This document shows, in pieces, positions 44,989-53,898 of a stretch of 64,000 bases of DNA. Made by a program: the position numbers and the translations under genes. A model generated the notes under the pieces. The model had not been told where the DNA came from. It saw only the letters and a list, made by a program, of their open reading frames with translations, and did no database searches. The DNA is from a virus: the IMG/VR virus record IMGVR_UViG_3300005532_000007, positions 24,173-88,172 of that record. One strand, given 5' to 3'. Positions within the stretch are counted from its first letter, which is position 1. Each line of letters opens with the position of its first letter.

Positions 44989-45236
44989 GCCGCCCTCGAC
45001 TTGGCGCGGGCGGCGCGCCGCTTGAGCGCACGCCGCTCATCCTCGCTTGTCATCCCCCAAACCCCGGCGTCCTGCCCGGTCGCGAGCGCCCACTCGAGGC
45101 ACTCGTCCACTGCCGGACACCGGCGGCACACCGCCTTCGCGTCCTCGATCTGCAGCAGCGCCGGCCCAGTGTTCCCGATCGGGAAGAACAATTCCGGGTC
45201 TTCGCCTCGGCATTCAGCCCTGTGTCGCCAGTCCAT
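44985..45236 (-). CDS. whiB: WhiB-family Fe-S regulator, WhiB1/WblE-like
   Basis: MDWRHRAEC..EDPELFFPIGNTGPALLQIEDAKAVCRRC...CLEWAL..GQDAGVWG. Confidence 0.95.
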   Translation of the reverse strand: MDWRHRAECRGEDPELFFPIGNTGPALLQIEDAKAVCRRCPAVDECLEWALATGQDAGVWGMTSEDERRALKRRAARAKSRAA

Positions 45237-45672
45237 TGGGTTTCCCTCCCTGGTGGTTGGTGTTGTTCGCGAGGTGGATCAGGTGAGCGGCGTGGCACTC
45301 GTCCGGCTCATCGAAGACCGGCAGCGGACACCAACACGCAAGCGGCCTGCCGGTCAGGTCGGACAGGTGATCGAGGATCCAGACGCGGCGCCGCGCGGTG
45401 AGCTGCCCGGCCAGTGCGTCGGCGACGTCCCGGTCACCTTGCGGGTCGCCGGCAAGCCACAGCCGGAACCGGGTGACGCACAGGGCCTGTGCGGCCGCAA
45501 CGTTGATGGACCGCTGGTCGAGGAGTACTTGGCCGATGGTGAACGGGTTGCCGAACCTAGTCGGCCGCGCTACGACAATCGCCCCGGGATAGGACTGCTG
45601 GAGGCGGAATCCGGGCCGGCGCGAGAGACGCACCCGCTGTGGATAACCCTTGTGGACAACCGGTGCGGTCAC
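45214..45672 (-). CDS. DUF4326-family protein
   Basis: VARPTRFGNPF, L.GRPLACWCP and CHA. Confidence 0.85.
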   Translation of the reverse strand: MTAPVVHKGYPQRVRLSRRPGFRLQQSYPGAIVVARPTRFGNPFTIGQVLLDQRSINVAAAQALCVTRFRLWLAGDPQGDRDVADALAGQLTARRRVWILDHLSDLTGRPLACWCPLPVFDEPDECHAAHLIHLANNTNHQGGKPNGLATQG

Positions 45673-45986
45673 GACGCCACCTGCTTCTTCGCGCCATAGC
45701 GCGCCGCGCCCGGGTGAGCGCGCTCGAACTCGGTCAGGTCCGCGAGCAGCGCGCGACGGCGTTCCTGGATGCCCTGCCAGCTGTCCGGGTCGATCTGCGG
45801 GGCGGCCTTCGGTTTCGGCGGCCGGCGCGGGAGCTTGTTCTTCGGTCCGCGCCGCACGCTTGCTTGTGCGGCGTCCAGGACGGCGAGGCGCACGGCGGCG
45901 TCCACGTCCCGTGTGCCGAGCAGTTCCGCCAGCCGCTCACGCGCTTCGGTCGCCGTCGCGCGCGGCTCCCCCATGGTCAACGTCAT
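45669..45986 (-). CDS. Hypothetical protein
   Basis: Coupled ORF. Confidence 0.5.
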   Translation of the reverse strand: MTLTMGEPRATATEARERLAELLGTRDVDAAVRLAVLDAAQASVRRGPKNKLPRRPPKPKAAPQIDPDSWQGIQERRRALLADLTEFERAHPGAARYGAKKQVAS

Positions 45987-46330
45987 GACGCCATCAGCTC
46001 CCAGGCCTGCGCATCCGACTCGCCGTGGGTGCGGCGGATCGCCTCGACACAGATCGCGCCCAGCGCCTTACGCCTCGCTGAGGTGTTGATCGACCCGCCC
46101 GGCCCGAGCGTCGTCGTGGCTGGCGGAACGAACCCGTTCCACTGGCTTGCCTGCGCGTAGCCGATCGGCGGCTGCGTGAGCAGCGCGGCGAGATCCGGCT
46201 GCGAGAGCACCAGGCCGCGCAGCCAGCCCGCGATCTCCGCTCCGCGCGCACCGGACGCGCGCACCGATGCGGCGCGCGGGTCGCGCGGCAGGGCCGGTAT
46301 CCCGGCCGGCCGGGGATCGGTGGTGGTCAT
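45983..46330 (-). CDS. Hypothetical protein
   Basis: QWNGFVPPAT...NTS.RR.ALGAI. Confidence 0.55.
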   Translation of the reverse strand: MTTTDPRPAGIPALPRDPRAASVRASGARGAEIAGWLRGLVLSQPDLAALLTQPPIGYAQASQWNGFVPPATTTLGPGGSINTSARRKALGAICVEAIRRTHGESDAQAWELMAS

Positions 46331-47004
46331 GCCGCCCTCGCTCGGCGCAGGTCGGCGCCCTTGAACGCGATCAGGTAGCCGCGGCACATCTCGGTGAGGC
46401 GGGAGGTCACGCGCTCGCCGATGTTCTTCGCGAGCTCCTCGGTGGTGGCGAGGTTGGTGGCGAAGATCGATGGCAGGCAGTTGTTGTAGCGGGCGTCGAT
46501 GAGCCGGTAGAGGATCTCTTCGACCCATTCGGACCATTTCGCGGCGCCGAGGTCGTCGAGCAGCAGCAGCGGCGCGGTGCAGTAGCGGGCGAGCACGGCT
46601 TCGCTGTCGCGTCCGGGCGTGGGCCGCAGTTCCCCGAGCATGGCCGCGGTGGAGATGGCGTGCCAGTTCGCGGGGCGCAGGCTCTCGGAGTACAGGCGCA
46701 GCGCGGCGTACGCGGCGTGCGTCTTGCCGGTGCCGGTCGGGCCGGCGAGCAGCAACGATGGCGTTGTGTCGGGGGTTTCGAGCGCGCAGTACACCCACTG
46801 GTGGATCTGGGGCCGGTCGGTGGTGGCGTCGGCGTAGCGGCGCGGGATGCGTTCCTGGGCGTAGGCGCGGTTCTTGGCGCGCCACCAACCGGTGGTCTGG
46901 GGGACGTCGGGGTCGTCGTATTCCCAGTCGATGACTTGCTGGCCGTGGGTGCGGCGGATGCCTTCGAGCAGGTCGGGGTTGATGGGGCCGAGGTCGGGGG
47001 TCAT
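46327..47004 (-). CDS. DnaC/IstB-like helicase loader ATPase
   Basis: IPRRY, GPTGTGKT, LLLLDDLG, ATNL and ERVTSRL. Confidence 0.9.
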   Translation of the reverse strand: MTPDLGPINPDLLEGIRRTHGQQVIDWEYDDPDVPQTTGWWRAKNRAYAQERIPRRYADATTDRPQIHQWVYCALETPDTTPSLLLAGPTGTGKTHAAYAALRLYSESLRPANWHAISTAAMLGELRPTPGRDSEAVLARYCTAPLLLLDDLGAAKWSEWVEEILYRLIDARYNNCLPSIFATNLATTEELAKNIGERVTSRLTEMCRGYLIAFKGADLRRARAA

Positions 47005-48074
47005 TGGAGCAGTCCTTCGTACGCGTTGGGGTCGGTGGGGTTGCGGTAGGGGCCGGAACCGCCGGAGACGGCGCGTAGCGCGGGGACCGGGGGGCCTTCG
47101 ATGGCTGTGCGCAGGGTGTTGGCGCTGACGGACCAGCCGGTTTCGACGAGTTCGGCGAGGCCTGCCTCGATCTGCTGGTCGGTGTAGAGCGGCTGGTTGT
47201 CGTCGCCGGTCGCGCGGACGGCTTTGCGGACGACACCGGCGACGGCGTTGAAGTTGGAGAGCTTGACCCGGTCGGTGTAGGTGCGGGCGAGGCGGTTGAC
47301 CCGTTGCCCTTCGGTCTCCGGTTTGGCTGTGTCGTTGGTGCGCTTCGGCGGCTTGTCCGCCGCGAGGTCGGGGACGATCGAGAGCTGCGCTGTGCGCTGT
47401 GACGGGACCGCGTAAGCACTTAGTACTTCCGTAGGAAGTACGGGTCGGGTCGGGTCGGGTCGGGGGGACCGTGACTCACGGGTGCAGTCACGGCGTGACA
47501 CATCGGCCGAATCGCTGTGACCTGCTGGTTTTTCAATCGACCCAATCGGCGCTTCCGTGACTGTTTCGTTACCGTTCTCGGCGTGCGCATCGGGAGACGC
47601 GTGAGTCACGGCGTGACACTCGGCGTCGTGCACGCCCTGTGAAATGTGACTCACGCCGTGAGTCACGGCAGGCGTCACGGCGTGACTCACGGCGTTACGG
47701 TCGGGACCGCCATCCGCCTCTGCGGCCTTCCGCTTGGCCTCCTCGCGCGCCTGGCGCGCCCGCTCCCTGGCATTGCGCTGACGCGTCTTCGATGCCTCCC
47801 GCTCGGCGAGCACCTGCTCCCGCGTCGGGTTGTAGACCCCGTAGTCGTGGATCTGCCAGCCGCCGTCGACCGCCTTGAACAGCCCTACCTTCACGAGGGC
47901 GTCGATCAGGTGCGTGTCGCCGTACATCAGGGCGATTACGCGCGGGACGAAGCCCTCGGTGAGTTGCTGCGAGCTGTAGGAACCGCAGCGGACATAGAGG
48001 CCGATGGCCTCGTTGCCCGCTTCGAGCACCTTCGGGTGGCAGTGAAACCCGTCGTCGATCTTGAACCAGGACAT
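47001..48074 (-). CDS. Phage replication initiator (O-like)
   Basis: MSWFKIDDGFHCHPK...GWQIHDY..YNP; PDPTRP linker; internal iterons; followed by DnaC. Confidence 0.85.
   Translation of the reverse strand: MSWFKIDDGFHCHPKVLEAGNEAIGLYVRCGSYSSQQLTEGFVPRVIALMYGDTHLIDALVKVGLFKAVDGGWQIHDYGVYNPTREQVLAEREASKTRQRNARERARQAREEAKRKAAEADGGPDRNAVSHAVTPAVTHGVSHISQGVHDAECHAVTHASPDAHAENGNETVTEAPIGSIEKPAGHSDSADVSRRDCTRESRSPRPDPTRPVLPTEVLSAYAVPSQRTAQLSIVPDLAADKPPKRTNDTAKPETEGQRVNRLARTYTDRVKLSNFNAVAGVVRKAVRATGDDNQPLYTDQQIEAGLAELVETGWSVSANTLRTAIEGPPVPALRAVSGGSGPYRNPTDPNAYEGLLQ
47470..47700. repeat. Iteron cluster CGTGA(C/G)TCACG / GTCACGGCGTGAC (putative origin)
   Basis: Multiple palindromic copies at about 47470, 47487, 47600 and 47646-47700. 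Confidence 0.75.
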
Positions 48075-48195
48075 GCGCTGTTCGCTTTCCCCGAGCTGAG
48101 GCGGATGGGTGGGCTGCGTTCCGGCGCTGACGCCGGCCGGGTATGGGGCGGCTCGGCCGCGAGGTCGAGCAGGTCAGCGCCGGAGTAGCGGCCGA

Positions 48196-48543
48196 TCAGC
48201 CGGACAGGGCACCCAGCAATCCCGCCAGCCGCTCCGTCACGCGCTCGCCCGGCAGCGGCACGTTCGCGCGCTCCGCGAGGTCCGCGGCCTGGAGGATCTG
48301 CAAGGCGAGCTGCCGCGCTTCCGCGACGGTGTAGTCCGCTTGCGGGGTGTCGATGTCGACGAGCGAGACCATCGAGGGGGATTCGCCGTTCTGGGTGACG
48401 GCGACGCCAAGGCGCCCGAAGTATTCCCAGGGTGTGGCGTGCGCGGTGAGCGAGGATTCGTCGGAGTGCCCGGCGCAGTAGAACCGGCCACAGGGGGGTC
48501 GCTGGGTGTCTTCGGGCATGAGAACGCCGATAGAGTCGTTCAT
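48196..48543 (-). CDS. Hypothetical protein
   Basis: YTVAEARQLALQILQAADLAE ending. Confidence 0.55.
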   Translation of the reverse strand: MNDSIGVLMPEDTQRPPCGRFYCAGHSDESSLTAHATPWEYFGRLGVAVTQNGESPSMVSLVDIDTPQADYTVAEARQLALQILQAADLAERANVPLPGERVTERLAGLLGALSG

Positions 48544-48676
48544 CAGATCCGCTCCCGGTTTCGTCGGGTGTTGGGTCCAGGCCCCGGCCGGTGTTGCGAT
48601 CACCGGTTCGGGGCCGTTCTGTATCTGCGAAACCGAGTCTACATGTACATCGCGTCTTTGTGTACACTAAGGTTTT

Positions 48677-48940
48677 ATGAGCATCGCGACGATCCCCTAC
48701 ACTGACGCCGTGCCAGCCGACATGAGCGCCGACGACATCGGCATCGCCGAGGCCCGAAGCAACCTCACCGAGGTCGTGGCGAACGTTCGTCTGCTGCGTC
48801 GAGCGAAATACCTCACGAACCGATCGCGTCGCGTCGCGTCGGTCGTTCCTGTCGAGCTCTCCGAGGCTGCGGATAAGGTTGGCGGCCCCGACGAGGCGAC
48901 TGAGATCCTGCTCGCGGCTTTCGAGGCCCGGAAGCGCTGA
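48677..48940 (+). CDS. Orphan Phd/YefM-type antitoxin-like regulator
   Basis: IGIAEARSNLTEVVANV...LTNRSRRVASVVPVE; TGTACA boxes at 48644 and 48661. Confidence 0.8.
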   Translation: MSIATIPYTDAVPADMSADDIGIAEARSNLTEVVANVRLLRRAKYLTNRSRRVASVVPVELSEAADKVGGPDEATEILLAAFEARKR

Positions 48941-48948
48941 ACGTCGCG

Positions 48949-49263
48949 TCACGGTTCACCGTCCGGCACGCCGAACGCCACCCGCGCGCACTCCACACCC
49001 GGCCGCGCGAACCGGATCGCCGACCACACCTCGCGGCCACTCCCCCGCGCCACGGCCCGTTCCTGCACAAGCCAGAACCGCGCCCCGCGCTTCACCAGCT
49101 CCCAGTCGTCCGGCGCGAGCCACGACCCGCTAAACGAGCGTTCCTCGGCCAGCCCGACCTGCGCGTCCAACAGCAGCTCGTCACCGCCCCACACGGTGGT
49201 GACGGTGCCGGTTTCGACGAACCGGGCGGTGACCTCTTCGCCGTCACGCAGCCACGACTTCAC
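48949..49263 (-). CDS. Hypothetical protein
   Basis: GTGA-coupled ORF. Confidence 0.5.
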   Translation of the reverse strand: MKSWLRDGEEVTARFVETGTVTTVWGGDELLLDAQVGLAEERSFSGSWLAPDDWELVKRGARFWLVQERAVARGSGREVWSAIRFARPGVECARVAFGVPDGEP

Positions 49264-49691
49264 GAGAGCTCACCGGCCTCGGGCTTGACTGCGCTCGCAC
49301 CGAACAGCCACGTCTCTGACTCGCCATCAAGCCGAACACTGCGGCAGCCCTCACCGCATTCCACGAGCACGCCAACACGCCCGTGATTCGGACTGACACC
49401 GGGCGCATAGATCCGCACCCGATCGCCCGGCTCAAGCGCCTCGCTCGCCGCAAGAACCTGTTCCTGCGCCTTGATCCGTTCGGCCTGCTGTGCGCAGTAC
49501 TTGCACGTCGGAAGCGCCGCAGCCTTCTCGTGCTCGGCTTGCGAGCCCGTGCCGAGCCACGGCGTGTGCCAGATCGGCGACAAGCCGCACAGCGCGGACG
49601 CCCAGCTATCTGGTCTCTGTCGGATATCGAGCAGATGGGCGCGTTTCCCTGTGATCGTGTAGACGCGGGTCTCGGGCGCGGTCGCGGTCAT
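49260..49691 (-). CDS. Hypothetical protein (Zn motif plus SH3-like end)
   Basis: ALCG...WLGTGSQ.E...LPTCKYC; LEPGDRVRI. Confidence 0.6.
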   Translation of the reverse strand: MTATAPETRVYTITGKRAHLLDIRQRPDSWASALCGLSPIWHTPWLGTGSQAEHEKAAALPTCKYCAQQAERIKAQEQVLAASEALEPGDRVRIYAPGVSPNHGRVGVLVECGEGCRSVRLDGESETWLFGASAVKPEAGELS

Positions 49692-50491
49692 GATGCGCCT
49701 GCCGGCGCATCGCGTAGCACGTAGCCCGCGCTACGCACCGTCCAAATCAGCCGCGACCCACCCCGCGCCTCCAACTTCCGCCGCAGATAACCCACATACA
49801 CCTGCGGCGAATTCGACCGCGGACCCTGCATGTGACCCCACACCTCACGGTCCATATCGGCCGTGGAAATGACCCGGCCCGGGTTGCGCAGGAACAAAGC
49901 GAGGAGCTCGGCCTCAGTCCGGCTCAGGTGTATGGTGCGTCCGCTGCGGGTCATCTCCCGCAGCTCCGTGTCCAGCACCAGGTCCGCGAACGTCAGCGTC
50001 CGCGACACCGCGCGCTCAGGCAGCTCGCGGTAGGCGCGCGACGGCGCCGGCTGGCCCGTCGCGGCCGCCCACCAGCCCGCACAGACCGCCGCACCCAACG
50101 GCAGACTCGGTGATTCCCCGATCCAACCCGCCGGGCTGTAGCCGCGCGCGGTGCGCTGCAGACCCTGATGGCAGTAGAACACCCCCGCGTCACCCGTCGG
50201 CAGCAGCGGCGAGCCTTCCTCCGGCGACCCCGGCCGGTACGCGCACTCGATACACGGACGCGCCATGACCCCGGGCGGCCGTGGCGCGGGTGTGAGCTCC
50301 GCGTCGCTGTGGCCGCCGCGGTCGTTGGTCAGGCCGATGCCGGCGCAGTGGTAGCAGGGCCCGTCGTCGCCCCAGCGGCCGTCACCGTCGCAGAACGGGC
50401 ACACCCACCGGTACACGACCACCAGGGGCTGCGGTGAGCCCTGCGCCAGCGCGCTGCCACAGACCTGAATCGTCGAGACGGCCTCAACCAC
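49688..50491 (-). CDS. Cys-rich domain fused to an OmpR/MprA-type winged-helix DBD
   Basis: LTFADLVLD...LSRTEAELL..FLRNPGRV...VWG...NSPQVYVGYLRRKLE..G.SRLIWTVRSAGYVLR; N-terminal CxxC clusters instead of a receiver. Confidence 0.85.
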   Translation of the reverse strand: MVEAVSTIQVCGSALAQGSPQPLVVVYRWVCPFCDGDGRWGDDGPCYHCAGIGLTNDRGGHSDAELTPAPRPPGVMARPCIECAYRPGSPEEGSPLLPTGDAGVFYCHQGLQRTARGYSPAGWIGESPSLPLGAAVCAGWWAAATGQPAPSRAYRELPERAVSRTLTFADLVLDTELREMTRSGRTIHLSRTEAELLALFLRNPGRVISTADMDREVWGHMQGPRSNSPQVYVGYLRRKLEARGGSRLIWTVRSAGYVLRDAPAGAS

Positions 50492-50762
50492 GCGGCGCCT
50501 CCCCGAGCACCGTACGTGCCAACTTCAACGCCGCCGTCCACGTCGCGACGTTGTCCAGGCGCGGCCCATCGATCTTTACGTGCACGCCATGCGGGCCTTC
50601 GACCACGTTCGGGTACTCGTCGATCTCGTCGGCGATCGCGTGCAGTACCTGCGCGCCGCCGAGCCGCAGTTCAGCGATCTCCTTCGGCGTGATCCGCGTT
50701 TCGGCTTGCTCGCGCAGGCATTCGGCGCCGCGGCGGATCGTGTCGGCGGGAGACTCAGGCAT
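50484..50762 (-). CDS. Hypothetical protein
   Basis: ESPADTIRRGA...AALKLARTVLG. Confidence 0.55.
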   Translation of the reverse strand: MPESPADTIRRGAECLREQAETRITPKEIAELRLGGAQVLHAIADEIDEYPNVVEGPHGVHVKIDGPRLDNVATWTAALKLARTVLGEAPRG

Positions 50763-51372
50763 CGCCAGCCGCCTGAGACTCCTCGTCCGTCGCCAGCCGC
50801 GACGCCACAACCTTGTCCGCGCCACACACCGGGCACGTCAGCGCGTACACGTCGTGCCCGACCGAGAACACCATCACGATCGGCTTGGTGTGGCAGTTGT
50901 AGCAGGACCCGATCATCCGATAGGTCGCCTTGTTGCAGCTTCTGTTCCTGCACGAGCCGTCAACAGTCAGCAACCTGGCGCCGGCGTGGCCGAGCTCCAC
51001 GTCGGCCAGCGCCTGACCCCAGTTGTGGAACCTGACCGCACGATCGTCGATGTACGCGACTGCGGCCAGCTTCCGGTTCGTCACGAACAGGATGTCGCGC
51101 GCATTCCAGAACTCTGGCGAGTCCGGATCGCCGTCAATACGCACGCCGAACCCGAGCGGCACGAGCCACTCGGCGACCTGATGCACGGACCGCGTGGTGA
51201 ACACGAACACCGCATAGCGGGCCAGCAGCGCCCGCAGGCCCTCCACCGCGCCGGGCATCGGCTCGTCGTAGATCGACCCGTCCTGCCAGCCCTTGGAGTA
51301 GCGGTGGATGACGCCGTCGAAGTCCACGCCGACGCTCTGGACGCGGCGGGTTGGCGCGGTCGTTTCCGTCAT
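50755..51372 (-). CDS. HAD-superfamily phosphatase/nucleotidase with C-terminal Zn ribbon
   Basis: VDFDGVI, FTTR, K, YIDDRA; CYNC...CPVC. Confidence 0.85.
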   Translation of the reverse strand: MTETTAPTRRVQSVGVDFDGVIHRYSKGWQDGSIYDEPMPGAVEGLRALLARYAVFVFTTRSVHQVAEWLVPLGFGVRIDGDPDSPEFWNARDILFVTNRKLAAVAYIDDRAVRFHNWGQALADVELGHAGARLLTVDGSCRNRSCNKATYRMIGSCYNCHTKPIVMVFSVGHDVYALTCPVCGADKVVASRLATDEESQAAGDA

Positions 51373-51743
51373 GATTCGGCGCTCCGTTCACGCTGCTGGA
51401 CCTGCTCCTCGACGACGGCCGCGAGCGGGCCAGCGAACCGGCGCCGCAGCTCGTCACGCGCACTGCGCGGGAGCATCCGTGTCCACCACGGCAGCTCCAC
51501 GAAGTCGGCGGCGATGATCGCGCTACCAAGCGCCTCCGTCGAAGCACCCTCGAGGGCTAGGCGCGTACCGCAGGCCTCGTGGAATGCGCGCCGACACACG
51601 ACCTTGTGACCACAGAATGCCCGCCGCGTCCGATCCGGCATGACCGCAACCGAATGACCGGTCGCGCGCACCCGCCGGCCGCAGCGGTAGCAGCGCGGCC
51701 TCACCGGCCGCTCCGGTCCCTGCGCCCGTTCACGCCTCGGCAT
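51369..51743 (-). CDS. Hypothetical protein (Zn-finger-like)
   Basis: CYRCG...FCGH..C. Confidence 0.5.
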   Translation of the reverse strand: MPRRERAQGPERPVRPRCYRCGRRVRATGHSVAVMPDRTRRAFCGHKVVCRRAFHEACGTRLALEGASTEALGSAIIAADFVELPWWTRMLPRSARDELRRRFAGPLAAVVEEQVQQRERSAES

Positions 51744-52002
51744 CGGACACCGCCCCGGCCAGCTTCGGCGCACACACCCTGCACGCGCACGACGTCCCGG
51801 TCAGCGCACCCACCTCAACCACCGGCAGATGCGCGGCGTGCGCCTCCTCGGCCGCGGTCCCGGCCCAGCCGTAAATCACCGCGTCACGACACGGCCCACA
51901 ATGGTCGAGCCGGTAGATCTCCACGTGCTCCGGATCGACAGGCCTCGCCCCCGCAGCCAGTGAACCGGCCGCGGGAACGAACGCCTTACCAGCGATGACC
52001 AT
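51730..52002 (-). CDS. Hypothetical protein
   Basis: CGPC...CACRVC. Confidence 0.5.
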   Translation of the reverse strand: MVIAGKAFVPAAGSLAAGARPVDPEHVEIYRLDHCGPCRDAVIYGWAGTAAEEAHAAHLPVVEVGALTGTSCACRVCAPKLAGAVSDAEA

Positions 52003-52005
52003 CGT

Positions 52006-52341
52006 TTACTCGCCGGTCGCGCCGTACGAGTCCGTTAACACCGCGAGCGTGTCATCCTCGAGATCCGCCGGCAGCATCGGACGACCCGTACGCTCCTCCA
52101 GCGCCCGCTCCATCAGCCGGTGCGCCGTCTTGCGGTCCTCCGGCCGGATCGGCTCGATCCGCAGCACGCGAACCGTCGGAACGATGTACCCGGTGTCGAC
52201 GTCCGTGGTCACCGACTTGGTGTCGATGACGGCGAGCACGAGGTGCATCTTGTTGGGGTGGTCGGTCAGGTCGTCGAGGATCGACGGTAGGCCGTTCTTC
52301 GATCCGCCGGGCAGGTTCCCGAGCATCTTGATCGCGGACAT
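52006..52341 (-). CDS. Hypothetical phage protein
   Basis: GNLPGGSKNGL...VPTVRVLRIEP...RTGRPMLP. Confidence 0.7.
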   Translation of the reverse strand: MSAIKMLGNLPGGSKNGLPSILDDLTDHPNKMHLVLAVIDTKSVTTDVDTGYIVPTVRVLRIEPIRPEDRKTAHRLMERALEERTGRPMLPADLEDDTLAVLTDSYGATGE

Positions 52342-52359
52342 TGCTCCCCCTTCTGAGGG

Positions 52360-52587
52360 CTAGTGGTTTCTCTCGTGCGGGCATTCGCACCCGGGCGGGT
52401 GCGGCCGCGGGTCGTCACCACGGCGCGCGAGGTTCGCGAACAGCAATGTGACGAGCGCGAGCATCAGGGCCAGCGAGAAGCCGGCCAGCAGGAGCGGGTG
52501 GTGCGTTTTCGCCGTGTACACGCACCCGCATGCGGACAGCGCCGAGGCAACTTGGGCGATCCGGGCGGCGATCAGCGGGGCGTTCAC
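52360..52587 (-). CDS. Small 2-TM protein
   Basis: Two hydrophobic segments. Confidence 0.5.
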   Translation of the reverse strand: MNAPLIAARIAQVASALSACGCVYTAKTHHPLLLAGFSLALMLALVTLLFANLARRGDDPRPHPPGCECPHERNH

Positions 52588-53039
52588 GTGGCCTCACCGG
52601 CCCGCACCACCAGATCAGCGAGCACCACCGCGAGAGCCGCAAGCCCTTGACGATCCAGATCGCACAGCGCCGCCGAAACAGCCTGTGCATCCTCGTCCTG
52701 GACCGCTTCGACCAGCTCCATGGCGCGATCCCACGCGGCAGCCGCCAACACGTTCTTCTCCGCGTCCGAGACGGCGCGACGGGCACGCGTGATCGCCGCG
52801 TCCACCCCGGCCCGCTGCCGGAACCCGAGCCCCTTGGCGACGACCTCGCGATCCATGCCGTGCGTGTCCGCGATGGAGATCACGACGCCGCGTTCCATTG
52901 CGGTCAGCGCGACCGGGCAGCCGGAGAGTGCGCGCCGGATCGCGGTGGCGTCGATCAGTTCGACTTCGCGTTCGTGTGCGTCGCGCGTTGGGGTCGAGGT
53001 CCCGGACATGCCGAGTTCGGGTGAGCGTCGGGCGGCCAT
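52584..53039 (-). CDS. Hypothetical HTH-like protein
   Basis: IDATAIRRALSG..VALTAMER...VVAKGLG. Confidence 0.55.
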   Translation of the reverse strand: MAARRSPELGMSGTSTPTRDAHEREVELIDATAIRRALSGCPVALTAMERGVVISIADTHGMDREVVAKGLGFRQRAGVDAAITRARRAVSDAEKNVLAAAAWDRAMELVEAVQDEDAQAVSAALCDLDRQGLAALAVVLADLVVRAGEAT

Positions 53040-53638
53040 CACAGCACCGTCTCCGTCAGCGGCCATACGCGGATCACCGCGCCGGGCCGATCCAGAACAT
53101 CGGTCGCGGGGTGTCCCGCGTAGTACTTCGCGAGCCGCGTGTATTCGACGACCCGGGCGTCATCGGTCCAGATCACGCCGGTCAGAGCGTCTTCCGTGGC
53201 ACGCAGCAGCTTGGACAAGTCAGGCGTCGAAGCAGGCCGCCAGCGCAGCGCCTTGGACCAGCGCACGCCTTTCGGCCACCAGCTCGGCCGGCTCGCGGGT
53301 TGCTCGCGCATCGTGAACACGATCGATGCGGCGAGCGGCCCATCCAGCAGCGCCGGGCGCTGCGGAGTGGCCTCCACGACTTCGAGCGCAGCGGCCTTCA
53401 CGTCCGCGCGCCACGGCTTGACGCGCTTCGACATCTCGATCATCACGCCGTTGCCGACGTTCCTCTTCGAGCCCTGTGGCGCGGGCTGCCCGTAGACGGT
53501 GATGACGATGGTGTCCCGCTCCGGCCGGGCTTCGGCAGCCTGAGCCGGTGCGGTGGCGTCAGACGTGGCACCGGCCGGAGCGGGGTTCTGTACGGGCGCG
53601 GTGTCGAACAGTGCGCCCTGGTCCGTGGTCGTCGTCAT
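53039..53638 (-). CDS. rusA: RusA Holliday junction resolvase
   Basis: GQPAPQGSK, KPWR, PDLSKLLRATEDALTG.IWTDDARVV. Confidence 0.9.
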   Translation of the reverse strand: MTTTTDQGALFDTAPVQNPAPAGATSDATAPAQAAEARPERDTIVITVYGQPAPQGSKRNVGNGVMIEMSKRVKPWRADVKAAALEVVEATPQRPALLDGPLAASIVFTMREQPASRPSWWPKGVRWSKALRWRPASTPDLSKLLRATEDALTGVIWTDDARVVEYTRLAKYYAGHPATDVLDRPGAVIRVWPLTETVL

Positions 53639-53898
53639 GAGGCACGCCCCGACCTAGCTGTGATCGCCTCAGCGAGGCACCGCGGGCACAGTGGATTGCC
53701 GCCCGGGCCGTACTTGCGGCACCGCGCCGTGCAGCTTGAGCAGGGTCCGAACGCGGTGGCGGACCACACCGCGCGCGGGTTCTCGTAGCTCGGGAACTCC
53801 TGGCTGGAGTAGTTGACGCGGACGGCTGGACGCCAACCGAACGAGACCGGCGCCTCATCCACGGCCGCCGCGGGCACCTCGATCGTCGGGGCGCTCAC
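53635..53898 (-). CDS. Hypothetical protein
   Basis: CSSC...YGPGGNPLCPRC. Confidence 0.6.
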   Translation of the reverse strand: MSAPTIEVPAAAVDEAPVSFGWRPAVRVNYSSQEFPSYENPRAVWSATAFGPCSSCTARCRKYGPGGNPLCPRCLAEAITARSGRAS

